Shown here piece by piece: positions 17,442 to 26,812 of a DNA stretch of 29,350 nucleotides. Below the pieces are notes generated by a model. That model was not told where the DNA came from. It saw only the letters and a list, made by a program, of their open reading frames with translations, and made no database searches. The DNA lies in IMG/VR virus record IMGVR_UViG_3300043540_000465, one strand, 5' to 3'. The position numbers and the translations under genes are program-made. Positions within the stretch are counted from its first letter, which is position 1. Each line of letters starts with the position of its first letter. Source of the DNA: an uncultured virus (IMG/VR IMGVR_UViG_3300043540_000465). Its lineage: Duplodnaviria; Heunggongvirae; Uroviricota; Caudoviricetes.

Positions 17442-18419
17442 CTACCCTGCTGCTTCTACCAGAGATGCAAGCCGCTCGGCGGCGGCTTGCAGATCTTCCA
17501 GGGATCGCCGTTCCCCACGTGGGGAACCAGCGATCCCGTCGTGCCCACCGGCACGAGGACCCCACAGCTCTTGCACCAGCTTCCGGCAACTGACGCCGGG
17601 AACCGGCTCTGCAAGACTCGCGGTGATCTCACCGCGAGTCGCATTGAAAGACACTACTCCCCGACAGATCCTCCCGTCGGGGGTGGCGTACAGATGGTTG
17701 ACGAATGCGGGAGACACCCGCACAATCACCTCGCCAACCACCTGCACAAACGAGGAGGAGTTCAACTCCTCCTCGCGGCGGGCGAATTCCTCGCCCGCCC
17801 GGAGAAAGCTCTGATCGCCATCAAGGATGGCGACCAGGGCTCGCTTTGCTTCTTCGACGCGATCTGTCACGTCAAGGACCCCCCCGTCGCGGGGGGGAAA
17901 TACCCGATGCATCTCGCTCCACGCCCAGAAAGCGTGGAGACGGGCGACGTCGACCGGCTCGGCACCGGCTTCTCCAAGCCGGTGCGGCCCATGAGTGTCG
18001 ACGTAGGCCGCGAGCTTCCAAAAGCCTTCGGCCTCGGGCTTGCGCCCGAGGATAGCGAGGACGCCCCCCAGGGCGTCGAGGTCCAAGTGAGAGACCCCGA
18101 CGCACTCAACTCCCAGCTCCCTGTTCTCTCGGAGACAGGGGGCCGGGTTCTTGGCCCTTGGCCCGTGGTGGGCCAGGGTATCTAACGACCCTTCTACAAC
18201 AACATCTCCGTATTCCGCCTCGACCGTCGCGGTCGAGGCGTACGGAGCAAGAGCAGCCCGGAGAGCCTCAGGGCTGCTCGAAAGCAGCACCTTCGGATAC
18301 TCGAGCATGCGCTCGGCTCGCTCCCACCTTGAGTAATCCGGCTCCAGAGGTTCGCCAGCATCGCGAATGTCCTGCGACAGCCGCTCCAGCTCGTCCACGT
18401 GCATCTCCACTTGCTTCAT
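17442..18419 (-). CDS. Putative DHH/DHHA1-like phosphoesterase with atypical motif order
   Basis: TLAHHG, VSHLDLDALGG, VDTHGPH and C-terminal AGGHDGIAGSPR. AAGGA RBS before MKQVEM; the frame stays open upstream to 18575. Confidence 0.55.
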   Translation of the reverse strand: MKQVEMHVDELERLSQDIRDAGEPLEPDYSRWERAERMLEYPKVLLSSSPEALRAALAPYASTATVEAEYGDVVVEGSLDTLAHHGPRAKNPAPCLRENRELGVECVGVSHLDLDALGGVLAILGRKPEAEGFWKLAAYVDTHGPHRLGEAGAEPVDVARLHAFWAWSEMHRVFPPRDGGVLDVTDRVEEAKRALVAILDGDQSFLRAGEEFARREEELNSSSFVQVVGEVIVRVSPAFVNHLYATPDGRICRGVVSFNATRGEITASLAEPVPGVSCRKLVQELWGPRAGGHDGIAGSPRGERRSLEDLQAAAERLASLVEAAG

Positions 18420-18579
18420 CTTCGTGTCCTTTCTGGTAGGTCGCACATCGTGCATACATCCACTGCCTACGCACGAACCGTCCGGTAGAGTGACGCACTT
18501 GGCGTCGGGGGCCGATGCCGCATGCATCGTACCCAGACGCTCCCGCGATTGCGTGGGGCCTGCTAGCTTGCGCATGCTA

Positions 18580-18849
18580 CTACTCCTCCTCGCCGCGGCA
18601 CGGTGAGCAGTAGGCCTGCAGCCGGATCTCCTGCTGCCGCCCCGACATCACCCGCAGGCCGAAGGTCGACAGCGGCAGGCGCTGGTGACATTTGGGGCAC
18701 ACCCGCTCCAGCTCCTTGCCGCCGTCCTGCAGCACCACGCGGTGCCCGTTGATGGTCATGCCCTTCACCACCACCCGCCGGGCGGTCACCGGCTCGAACC
18801 GCTTGCCTTCGGCCAGCGGCAACAGCAACTGCGTAACGCGTTCGCTCAT
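18580..18849 (-). CDS. Small zinc-finger protein
   Basis: CPKC...YCSPC, GGAGG RBS, ATGA coupling. Confidence 0.8.
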   Translation of the reverse strand: MSERVTQLLLPLAEGKRFEPVTARRVVVKGMTINGHRVVLQDGGKELERVCPKCHQRLPLSTFGLRVMSGRQQEIRLQAYCSPCRGEEE

Positions 18850-19238
18850 GACCTCCCCCTTCGTACTCCTCTACGGATCCGCGACACGATAAACCCCAGC
18901 CATTTGTCGAAGCGTGCGATGATGGTATAGTGCACCGTGAGAAGATCGTCCTCGGACGCCGTCTCCGTGTCCCGCACCCGCTGCGTCTCCTCGCGCAGCG
19001 CCGCCAGTTCCGCCTCGACGCCACGCAGCTTCGCTTCCACCACCCGTAGCTCTTCTAGCGAAAGGGTGCGGTTCCCACTGCGCCAGCCACCCTCCGCCGT
19101 GAAGTCCGCAGCCAGGGTTTCGCTGAGATAACACTCCAGATCACCCATGAGCCAGCGGATCTGGTTCACGAGGTTGGTGCGCTCGGTAGCCTCCTGCTTA
19201 CGCTGGCGCTGCTCGGTCAGCGAATGGATCTTCGGCAT
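18846..19238 (-). CDS. Hypothetical coiled-coil protein
   Basis: Operon packing, codon bias, GGAGGGG RBS. Confidence 0.75.
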   Translation of the reverse strand: MPKIHSLTEQRQRKQEATERTNLVNQIRWLMGDLECYLSETLAADFTAEGGWRSGNRTLSLEELRVVEAKLRGVEAELAALREETQRVRDTETASEDDLLTVHYTIIARFDKWLGFIVSRIRRGVRRGRS

Positions 19239-19241
19239 CGC

Positions 19242-19562
19242 CTACCCCTCCGCGACGGTCTCGGCCGCCTGCTCGGCAGCTTGTTCCGCGAGCAACTCGG
19301 CCCACCGTTCGTGTCGCGCCAGCAGGCACACCTGCAGGGCGCACTGGCGCACCACCTGATCTTCTGGCAGCCCGAGGTTGTGCATCTGCAGCACCTCGGC
19401 GGCGTCCACCAATCTGCCGGGATCGGCAGCAAACTTGGCGTCGTCCTGAGCAGCGCAGGTGTCATGCTCGACGTCGGCCCAGTCTCGTCCGATGCGATGC
19501 GCGTCCTGCAGCAGCTCGATGATGGAGGTCGTGGTCATCACAGCACCGTCGCGTCGAGCCAT
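19242..19562 (-). CDS. Hypothetical protein
   Basis: Operon packing, GAGGAGGA RBS. Confidence 0.7.
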   Translation of the reverse strand: MARRDGAVMTTTSIIELLQDAHRIGRDWADVEHDTCAAQDDAKFAADPGRLVDAAEVLQMHNLGLPEDQVVRQCALQVCLLARHERWAELLAEQAAEQAAETVAEG

Positions 19563-19565
19563 GGC

Positions 19566-20171
19566 CTAGTCCTCCTCGTCCTTGCCGTCCTTGACCTTGC
19601 TGCCGCACTCGGGGCAGAACTTGCCGCCGTTGGCGATGGTGGCCTCGCAGTGCGGGCACTTGCGCTCGTGCAGCGGCCACCACCGCAGGCCGTAGGAGAC
19701 GCTGACGTTCTCGATCTTCTCCCGCAGCTTCGCGGGCACCTTGCCGGCGTTGCAGGCCTCGTGGTACGCCTTGACGTCCAGCACCACCTTCTTGACCAGC
19801 ACCTGCTCGGCCAGCCCCGGCAACTTCTTCTCGATGATGGCCGCGGCCAGCTCGTAGTTGATCCGCTCGCGCCGCGTGCCCAGGTTCTCGACCTTGTAGT
19901 CGCCGATGAGCAGGATGCTCTGCTCCGGACGATCCGGGTCGTGTAGGCCGTACTTCACCACCGCTAGAGTTACCTGCTCGCGAAGGCGTTCCCACTTCTC
20001 GCGCGCCTCGACCATGTCGAGGAACGCCTGCTCCAGCGCCACCGCCTTCTTGCCCTCCAGCCGAGGGTACAGCACCTCGGCCTTCTTCAGGCCGAGGTGG
20101 CCGGTGCCCCGCCGCTCCTTGGCCCGCTTCTCCTGCAACAGTTCCTTCGCGCTCTTCTCTCGGATGGCCAT
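19566..20171 (-). CDS. Basic protein with C-terminal zinc ribbon
   Basis: CPHCEATIANGGKFCPECGSK, AAGGAG RBS, very strong GC3. Confidence 0.85.
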   Translation of the reverse strand: MAIREKSAKELLQEKRAKERRGTGHLGLKKAEVLYPRLEGKKAVALEQAFLDMVEAREKWERLREQVTLAVVKYGLHDPDRPEQSILLIGDYKVENLGTRRERINYELAAAIIEKKLPGLAEQVLVKKVVLDVKAYHEACNAGKVPAKLREKIENVSVSYGLRWWPLHERKCPHCEATIANGGKFCPECGSKVKDGKDEED

Positions 20172-20249
20172 GATCGTCTCCTTCTCGCTCTTCTCGCTCT
20201 TCTGGCCGATGATCGACTCGATGAGTGTACTTGAAGTACGGGTTCGGGT

Positions 20250-20579
20250 TTACGGCTGCGCCCGCAGCCGGTGGGCGATCTGCAGCTCGCTGGAAGTGGT
20301 GAACGGCACGTCGTGCACCACCTCGTCCAATGCCTGCACCACGCAGCACACGATCAGCGCGCTGAGACTCGTGGCGCAGTTGCCGAATCGCTTGGCCACG
20401 TAGTGGTCGAGCTTGTCCCCCTGCAGCAACTTCGACCGCGGGTTGATGTTCTGCACGTGCTTGCGCAGGCGATCGACCACCTGCTGCGACGTCTGCGCCA
20501 CGAGATCCATGATCTCGCGGCTCACCGGCTGCATCAGCCGATGGGCGTACTCGGACTCCAGCTTATCGCGCTTGGTCAT
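20250..20579 (-). CDS. Hypothetical protein
   Basis: GAGAGG RBS then MTKRDKLE. Confidence 0.8.
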   Translation of the reverse strand: MTKRDKLESEYAHRLMQPVSREIMDLVAQTSQQVVDRLRKHVQNINPRSKLLQGDKLDHYVAKRFGNCATSLSALIVCCVVQALDEVVHDVPFTTSSELQIAHRLRAQP

Positions 20580-20608
20580 GGCCTCTCGCTTCGGGTTGCT
20601 GATCGGTT

Positions 20609-21043
20609 CTAGTAAGTCGGCGTCCGCGGCAGCTTCTGCCACGTGAGGTTCAGGTCGTAGTCACCCTGAACCAGCCGAGAATCGTTGGTGTACGACTCGT
20701 CCACTGTCACCAGCAGGTCGCGGCGGGCGGTGCGCACCTTCATGATCATGTGGCATCTGCCGCCGCCGAAGCTGGTGGCGTAGTCCACCTGCATCACCTC
20801 CAGCACCTGCTGCGGGAACGGCATCTGCTCCGTGCGCTCCACCCCCTTGTTCCACCAGTGCCGCAGCTGCTGCAGCTTCTGCAGCGCGACCTCGGGCTGC
20901 AGAAGCTGCAGCCGCTCCTTCTCGACTTCTGCGTCCATCTCGGCGTAGAAGTCTCGCATAACCTCGGCACCGCTGCGCCCCTTGCCCTCGCGCTGCGCCT
21001 CGCTGGCCCAGAACTCGCCCTGGGTCGTATCGATCTTTGGCAT
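20609..21043 (-). CDS. Hypothetical protein
   Basis: GAGGA RBS; first gene after the 21103-21131 promoter. Confidence 0.8.
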   Translation of the reverse strand: MPKIDTTQGEFWASEAQREGKGRSGAEVMRDFYAEMDAEVEKERLQLLQPEVALQKLQQLRHWWNKGVERTEQMPFPQQVLEVMQVDYATSFGGGRCHMIMKVRTARRDLLVTVDESYTNDSRLVQGDYDLNLTWQKLPRTPTY

Positions 21044-21102
21044 GTCGTCCTCTCGCTTCGGGTTTCTGATCGCTTCTTCGCTGCTACCATGCTCCCACCT
21101 CC

Positions 21103-21131
21103 AGTATATACGAAGGACGAGGCGGAGTCAA
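21103..21131 (-). promoter_or_regulatory. Sigma70-type promoter
   Basis: TTGACT-17 bp-TATACT. Confidence 0.85.
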
Positions 21132-21369
21132 GGCCGTATCGCAGAAAAACTCGCGAAAAAACCCGAGGGAAATCGCAGCTTTAGCCGCCGGTTCTGGTGT
21201 ACCAGCCCCCGGTGCGGAAGATGCTACACAATCTGGGGTCAGTTTTCCTGCTTGGCGCGCTTGCGCGCGGCGTCCAGCTTCGCGCGGAAGCCCGGCGCGT
21301 GCAGATGGTCCGTAGCTTCCGCCTGCTTCACCGCCGGCTCCATCTGCAGCAGGTCCTCGGCACACTTCT

Positions 21370-23400
21370 TCAGCGTTTGATGTTGAGGTCGGTGGGCGTG
21401 AGCACGACCTCGCGGATGCCGGCCGCGGCCAGCTGGCTCTGGACCTCAGTGAGCTTAGCCAGCACCTGCGCTCGCAGGTCGGCGTTGCTGACCCCGGGAA
21501 GCGCGACTGCCGTAGACGCAGGCGTAGGTGGAGCCTCCGCCTCGCTGGGCAGCAGCGTCACCCGCCACAGCTGATCCCCCACCTGCAGCTTCATGCGGTG
21601 CAGATGCTTCTCCATGGCGTGCGGCGTCATCACCCGGCACTTGTGCTGCAAGCACCAGGAGGAGAAGGCCGAGTACAACGGCATGGTGCCGATGCTGCCA
21701 GCGTCCGTGCGACACCGCTCCAGCAGGAACAACTCCAGCGCATCGTAATCCGGGCCGGATTTCCGCGGGGGCGTAGCTTCCTTGGTAGGCACCGGCAGCG
21801 GGGCGACCACGGGTGGCGTGCCCGGCTTGAGCCGCAGCGCCCGCACCACCACCAGCTTGCCCTGCTGACGGAGTCTACGCCGCGCAAACCCACGGCGATC
21901 CAGCCACTGCGAGAACACGATGTTGTGGTAGGGCGTGGCTCCGTAGGCTTGGCACCACGTGCAGTAGTCCTGATAGATCTCACTCGCGATGGTGTCACCT
22001 CCGGATGTCGTGCGCTCATCCAGCCACAACTCCAGCACCTCGCAGTCCACCATGATCTTGCCGCGCCCGTGGTTGAACTGCAACGTCGTGGGCAGTGCCG
22101 GTGCCGGTTCCGGTGGAGGCGTGGGCGATGTCGCTTCCGGATGCCGCGGCTTAGTGCGCAGCTTGGGCGGCGGCGCCGTGTTCTGCTCCGGTCGCAGCTG
22201 GATCACCGCGGCGACCGGTTCCACCCATGGTAGGGGTACCAGACCCTCACGCTCCAGCGTGACGCGAATTTCACTGGTCTTGCGTGGGATCAGGATCGTC
22301 TGCACCCCCGCGGTCTTGGCCTTCTCTCCCAGCTTCTCGCTTTCGGCATGGCCGATCATATCGGAGAGGATGAGCACCAGGTTGATGTCCTGGGGCAGTG
22401 GGCGCCTAAACTGATTGGTCCGGTGCCACTCCCAGTGGTAGCGCAGCTCGATGTCGTAGAGACTGCGTAGCTTGTACCGAAGCTCACGGATACGATCCTT
22501 GGGGCCACCCGCAATCAATGCCACGTACTTGGCGGGTGTGGTAGTCTCCGGCGTCTCCGTCATGTTGGTCACAGTCGCCTCCGGTTTGAGCACGAAATGC
22601 CGTATAGGTAGCAGCGACGTATGCAGCTGCATATCCTTAGCTAACCCTACAGCCATTAGCCGCGCCGAAGTGCTCCACCGCTCGGAGCGCAGTTGCTGCG
22701 GGCAGTGCTGCAACGACTCCAGCAGCTCGTAGTAGAAGCGTGGCCGATGGTCGTCGTCTATCTCTGACTTCAGCCACTGCCCATCGTCCCGCACGAAGTG
22801 CGCGTCGGCCCACAGCCGCTCGTCGTCGTTGCCGATGCGGAACTCGACGATGCGCTCAGGACTAAGCAGCGTACCTACGAGACGCTGCTCACCGTTGCAC
22901 GCCGCTGCGAGCATAGCCTCCTGGATCTGCTCGCGCGTTTGCCCTCGCTCCATCGCGCTCACGACCACACCCGCACCCCAACTGACGTAGAGTGCCGGCA
23001 GGTTCTCGATCAGTGGCGGCAACGCAGTAGGTGGGGTCAGCGGGGTGGTGTCCTTCTTTCCAAGCACCGTCGCTATCCCGCTGAGATATAGGTCGGGAAA
23101 CATCTCCACGAAGCCGGCGGTTGCCAGCTGCAGCAACGTGGGTATCTGGCGCGTCGAGTTCGAGGACCCGCCGAGCAGAAGCGTGAGGTAGTGACCAACG
23201 GCCCACTGCTGCGGCGTGCGCCGCGCCGGATCGGCATCCCACGAGTTGAAGCGGTATTCGCCCATCGCGATCACGCTCCTTTTGCCTCCGACGACTTCGA
23301 GATCGACCAGCCGACGATGGCCGGCTGCAGCCCCTTGTACTCGCGACACTTGGGGCAGCATCGCACGGTAGTCGTGGTGCGCCTTTGCGTTCGCGCTCAT
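21370..23400 (-). CDS. Multidomain protein: unknown N-terminal half, DUF2325-like domain, two D5/primase-C-terminal-like winged helices
   Basis: ALIAGGP...LPQDINLVLILSDMIGH...AKTAGV is DUF2325-like. WLDERT...EIYQDYCTWC...FSQWLDRRGF and FLLERC...LYSAFSSWC are the winged-helix-like repeats. Possible internal start at 22563 (MTETPET). Confidence 0.7.
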   Translation of the reverse strand: MSANAKAHHDYRAMLPQVSRVQGAAAGHRRLVDLEVVGGKRSVIAMGEYRFNSWDADPARRTPQQWAVGHYLTLLLGGSSNSTRQIPTLLQLATAGFVEMFPDLYLSGIATVLGKKDTTPLTPPTALPPLIENLPALYVSWGAGVVVSAMERGQTREQIQEAMLAAACNGEQRLVGTLLSPERIVEFRIGNDDERLWADAHFVRDDGQWLKSEIDDDHRPRFYYELLESLQHCPQQLRSERWSTSARLMAVGLAKDMQLHTSLLPIRHFVLKPEATVTNMTETPETTTPAKYVALIAGGPKDRIRELRYKLRSLYDIELRYHWEWHRTNQFRRPLPQDINLVLILSDMIGHAESEKLGEKAKTAGVQTILIPRKTSEIRVTLEREGLVPLPWVEPVAAVIQLRPEQNTAPPPKLRTKPRHPEATSPTPPPEPAPALPTTLQFNHGRGKIMVDCEVLELWLDERTTSGGDTIASEIYQDYCTWCQAYGATPYHNIVFSQWLDRRGFARRRLRQQGKLVVVRALRLKPGTPPVVAPLPVPTKEATPPRKSGPDYDALELFLLERCRTDAGSIGTMPLYSAFSSWCLQHKCRVMTPHAMEKHLHRMKLQVGDQLWRVTLLPSEAEAPPTPASTAVALPGVSNADLRAQVLAKLTEVQSQLAAAGIREVVLTPTDLNIKR

Positions 23401-23411
23401 GCCGCCCTCTG

Positions 23412-23834
23412 TCAGTAATTCTTGCCGAAGTATTCCGCCGCAAGGTCCTCTTCGTGCTCGCGTTTCAACTCGGCCGCGGTATCGGGGTCGAAGTTGTCGT
23501 CGTAGCTGCTCACTGCACGAGCGCGCAGCGCCTGCTCCGCGTCCGCCATCAGCCCCAGCGTCTCCAGCACCGCTTCGCTGCTGGGGATCTCTTCGAAGGT
23601 CGGGTGCCGCGCGGTACCCCGCACCAGCAACTCCGTGACCTCGGTGATCTCCACCTCGCCGCCTTCGGCATCGCAGGAGTCATCCGGGTCCATGCGGATG
23701 ATCGCCGGGCGGTACGGTTCGACGTTGCCCTCCACCCGGAACTCCCGCGACTGCTTGATGAAGCGGCCGGTCTTCGCATCGCGATCGGTACCGGCCTCCC
23801 AGACGACATACACACTGAATCTTCCGGTTCGCAT
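23412..23834 (-). CDS. Acidic hypothetical protein
   Basis: GGGAGG RBS, codon bias. Confidence 0.75.
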   Translation of the reverse strand: MRTGRFSVYVVWEAGTDRDAKTGRFIKQSREFRVEGNVEPYRPAIIRMDPDDSCDAEGGEVEITEVTELLVRGTARHPTFEEIPSSEAVLETLGLMADAEQALRARAVSSYDDNFDPDTAAELKREHEEDLAAEYFGKNY

Positions 23835-23879
23835 CTTCGCCTCCCTAGTAATCGGATCCGTCGTAGTTCTGCAGTTCGC

Positions 23880-24149
23880 TCACGCGATACCTCCCATGCT
23901 GATCAGCGCGCGGAACGCCAGAACTCCGGCCATCATGCTCGCGCCGGTGCGGAAGCAGTAGGCTTCCACCGCCAGCTGCGGATCGCTGAGGTACGCCGCC
24001 AGCTCCACCGCGTTGGGAAGTAGCGTACAGATGCTGTCCGGCCCGCTCAGGGTCCGCGGCGCCGCCACCGTGATGCTGCCGATGAACGCGCGGGTCAGCT
24101 TCGGCTTCCGTGGCGTCAGGGTCGGGGTGCTGATCGTGGTCGTGGCCAT
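23880..24149 (-). CDS. Hypothetical protein
   Basis: AAGGAG RBS then MATTTISTP. Confidence 0.75.
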   Translation of the reverse strand: MATTTISTPTLTPRKPKLTRAFIGSITVAAPRTLSGPDSICTLLPNAVELAAYLSDPQLAVEAYCFRTGASMMAGVLAFRALISMGGIA

Positions 24150-24162
24150 GGTCGATCTCCTT

Positions 24163-24402
24163 CTACGACTGCCGCTCACTCTGCGGCAGTTCCCAGTGGG
24201 CGCCGCAATTGCAGCGCCAGATGTCCGGCTCGTCCGTGCCGCTGGCACCGTACGTCTCGATCTCGGTGCTCTCCGCGCTGTCGCAGTGCGGGCAGAAGAT
24301 CTCGGGCGCCGCCGTCGCCTTTGCCGCCTCCCGCTCCTTGCGCACCTGCCGCTGCAGTTCCTCCATACGCGTGGGTCGCTCGTACTTGGTTCCGTTTGCC
24401 AT
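24163..24402 (-). CDS. Small zinc-ribbon protein
   Basis: GGAGG RBS, CPHC...CNCG. Confidence 0.75.
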   Translation of the reverse strand: MANGTKYERPTRMEELQRQVRKEREAAKATAAPEIFCPHCDSAESTEIETYGASGTDEPDIWRCNCGAHWELPQSERQS

Positions 24403-24440
24403 AGCCATCCTCCGTGGTGGGCTTCTGTGCCCCCACCTCC

Positions 24441-24468
24441 AGTGTATACCTAGCGTTTGGTGGAGCAA
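24441..24468 (-). promoter_or_regulatory. Sigma70-type promoter
   Basis: TTGCTC-16 bp-TACACT, followed by GGAGGTGGG as at the 21103 promoter. Confidence 0.75.
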
Positions 24469-24696
24469 GGGAAAAGCGCGAAAAAGTGCATTACTTTCCC
24501 TTGGAAAGGCGGGGGTTTAGCCGCTGTTTTCGCACTACGCTGGGCCAGAGCCAGCTTTGATGGGGATGCTACGCTTTTTCACCGCAGGTCGCTGCGGTGG
24601 AAGCACTCGTTCGCCATGACCAATCTCCTAGAGCAGCAGGGCTCCATTGGCGCGCACCAGCATCTCTACTGGTGCGCCCTAGCAGCTCAGCTACGC

Positions 24697-25197
24697 CTAG
24701 CGCCGCGGCAGCTTGCGCTTCAGCTTCTTGCGTGGCATGGGCTCGTCGTCGTCCTCCACCACCCGCTCCTTGCCCTTCTTGCCCTTGGGAAAATCCGTGG
24801 CGTCCGACTCGTCGTCCGCGTCCTTCTTCGGCTGGTCCTCGTCCTGCGGCGGCTCCGCGTGCTTGTCCAGCCACTTGCTGAACCGCTTGGTGGAGCAGCC
24901 CTCGTCCGTGACCACGTGCGCCGCCCGCAGCTCCTCAAGGAAGCCATCCAGCGCCGCGGTGACGTTCGCCGCCTCCTCCAGCGTCATCCGCCCCAGCTTG
25001 CGGTAGTAGCGCTCGCCGCTGCGCGCCAGCACCCCGGTGCGCATCATACCGATCTTGGGCGGGCCGTCGTTGTAGCTTACAACCGTGAGCCGGATGACCT
25101 GCTCGGCCGCAGTGTCCACGTCCGCGATCAGGTGCAGATCGCGGTTCAGCTCCACGTTCCAGCCGCGCTTGCGCTCACCACTCTTGTCGTTGGCCAT
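24697..25197 (-). CDS. Putative PC4/YdbC-like ssDNA-binding protein with charged tail
   Basis: RLTVVSYNDGPPKIGMMRT...RKLGRMTLEEA resembles the PC4-fold pattern; GGGAG RBS. Confidence 0.55.
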   Translation of the reverse strand: MANDKSGERKRGWNVELNRDLHLIADVDTAAEQVIRLTVVSYNDGPPKIGMMRTGVLARSGERYYRKLGRMTLEEAANVTAALDGFLEELRAAHVVTDEGCSTKRFSKWLDKHAEPPQDEDQPKKDADDESDATDFPKGKKGKERVVEDDDEPMPRKKLKRKLPRR

Positions 25198-25210
25198 GGT
25201 CGTTGTCTCC

Positions 25211-25369
25211 CTAGTCCTTGGGCTTCTCGTACTTGTGGTCGATGTCCTGGTTGATCTTCTGCAACCGCTTCAGCTTGATGCTACCGCGCGCCATCTCGGC
25301 CTGCAGCGCCGTCTCGGTCATCCCGGGGAACCGCTGCAACGCCTGCTTGATCGTGAGGTACTTGGCCAT
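25211..25369 (-). CDS. 52-aa protein, possibly excisionase/AlpA-like HTH (below the ORF-track cutoff)
   Basis: AAGGAG RBS, MAKYLTIKQALQRFPGMTETALQAEMARGSIKLKR...KPKD*. Confidence 0.7.
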   Translation of the reverse strand: MAKYLTIKQALQRFPGMTETALQAEMARGSIKLKRLQKINQDIDHKYEKPKD

Positions 25370-25382
25370 GTGCATCTCCTTC

Positions 25383-25739
25383 CTAGCGAGTCGTCATCAA
25401 CTTGCGGCACTGGACGCAGGTCACCTGCGCCGGGGCCGACGTTATCACCACACCCTCCGTGATCTCGGCCCCCGCACCGCAGGCCGCGAACGGCACGTCC
25501 GCCTCGCGCTGGCCCACGGCGTAGTGGATCTTGATCTCGTGCACCTTCTGCACGGTGACGTTTCCCAGGTCAAAACCCACGAACTGCAGCGCCACCCAGT
25601 CCTTTACCTTGCGCACCGTCAACGCCCGTGCTTCGCCGTCACTGCATTCGGTGCGCAAGCGCAGCAGGATGTCGAAGGACCGGTGCAGCGTCACCGGCAC
25701 GGCCGTGTCATCGAGCTTTGGTTTGCTTCGGGTCGCCAT
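25383..25739 (-). CDS. Hypothetical protein with C-terminal zinc finger
   Basis: GAGGAGG RBS, H...ACG...VTCVQC. Confidence 0.75.
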   Translation of the reverse strand: MATRSKPKLDDTAVPVTLHRSFDILLRLRTECSDGEARALTVRKVKDWVALQFVGFDLGNVTVQKVHEIKIHYAVGQREADVPFAACGAGAEITEGVVITSAPAQVTCVQCRKLMTTR

Positions 25740-25883
25740 CGCGGTCTTCCTCCTCTCCGCCTAGTAAAGCCGCGGACCATGCCATCGCAGCAGCTACCGT
25801 TGCGACAGATGCCATTGTCGTAGTTGCACGCCGTGTCTTCCGGACACGCGGGCTGCGTATCCTGCTGCGTTGTTGTTCACCAT

Positions 25884-26087
25884 TCAGGTCACGGTCGTGG
25901 ACCAGGCTTCTACTGCCGTCTTCGCCTCACGTAAAGACTTGTAAGTCTCTACGAGAACCCAATCTCCGACTCGACGTCGCCGCAGGACAGTCCACCCACG
26001 CCCCTCGTGGACCACCAAGCGGTATGGACGGCGCCAGACATACGAGCCGTCCGAACAGAGATACCAAAATGAAGATGGCCTTGTCAT
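25884..26087 (-). CDS. Small hypothetical protein
   Basis: AGGA RBS; ends YKSLREAKTAVEAW. Confidence 0.6.
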   Translation of the reverse strand: MTRPSSFWYLCSDGSYVWRRPYRLVVHEGRGWTVLRRRRVGDWVLVETYKSLREAKTAVEAWSTTVT

Positions 26088-26105
26088 AGTGGCTTCCTGA
26101 GAAGC

Positions 26106-26321
26106 TTATCGAGGTCGCTGGCGAATAGGTTCAGGCACCGGCGCGGGAGTTGGAAGCGGCTGCGACACCACCAGCGGGTGCTTCCGCAGTGCCTGCTTCA
26201 ACTTCTTGCCCAGGGTGCCACACCGCAGGGAGCTGACGGGCGGCGCGGGTTCGGCGCAGCCCATGGTCTGTTCGAAGCACTGCTGGCACCACTCGTGCCG
26301 TCCGTGTTGGCATCGCGTCAT
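26106..26321 (-). CDS. Small hypothetical protein with CxHGxxxxCxxC motif
   Basis: First ORF after the 26364-26392 promoter, preceded by the shared pre-start motif. Confidence 0.65.
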   Translation of the reverse strand: MTRCQHGRHEWCQQCFEQTMGCAEPAPPVSSLRCGTLGKKLKQALRKHPLVVSQPLPTPAPVPEPIRQRPR

Positions 26322-26363
26322 CGTCGTTCTCGCTTTCGTAGCGCTGATCGGTGTCCCGACTCT

Positions 26364-26392
26364 AGTATATACGTAGTGTGGCCCGAGGTCAA
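26364..26392 (-). promoter_or_regulatory. Sigma70-type promoter
   Basis: TTGACC-17 bp-TATACT. Confidence 0.85.
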
Positions 26393-26537
26393 TGCCGTCG
26401 GCACGCCGTCGGTCACAGCAGTTTGCGGCGAAAGGGGTTGAGGCGGCTGGCCCACTGCCGCAGCAAATCTGGATCGGGGTACGCCTGCTGCAGGATGGTC
26501 TGCGGCGTAGATGTGCCGCCGCCACGGCCGCTCTCGG

Positions 26538-26812
26538 CCTGCCCCGTGTCGGGGCGGGTCACCGGGTTTGCAGGCTGCCCCGGTGGCCCTCTGGACCATG
26601 CATAGTTTGTCCGGCTCGCATCAAAAGGGGCAGGGGCTTACGGTCCCATCGAACCATCCTCGTTCCCGGCTGTCCTCTCGCCAGTCTGGGCAACGTGGTG
26701 TCCGCTCGCTGGGGACCGCTTTGGATCCTTACGGGCTTTACTACTCTGGCAATTAGGGGTCCATGATGGCTTTCCTCCTCTTGGAAGGCTGCGGGTTGCA
26801 TCCCCCGCCGGG
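26538..26812 (-). ncRNA. Candidate structured RNA, tandem copy 2 (275 nt)
   Basis: Colinear blocks shared with copy 1; stems are kept despite sequence change; no convincing ORF. Confidence 0.55.

Noticed and set aside
24577..24602. Hairpin TTCACCGCAG-GTCG-CTGCGGTGGAA as a terminator
   Set aside because: The stem is real but has no downstream U tract on either strand, so no function can be supported.
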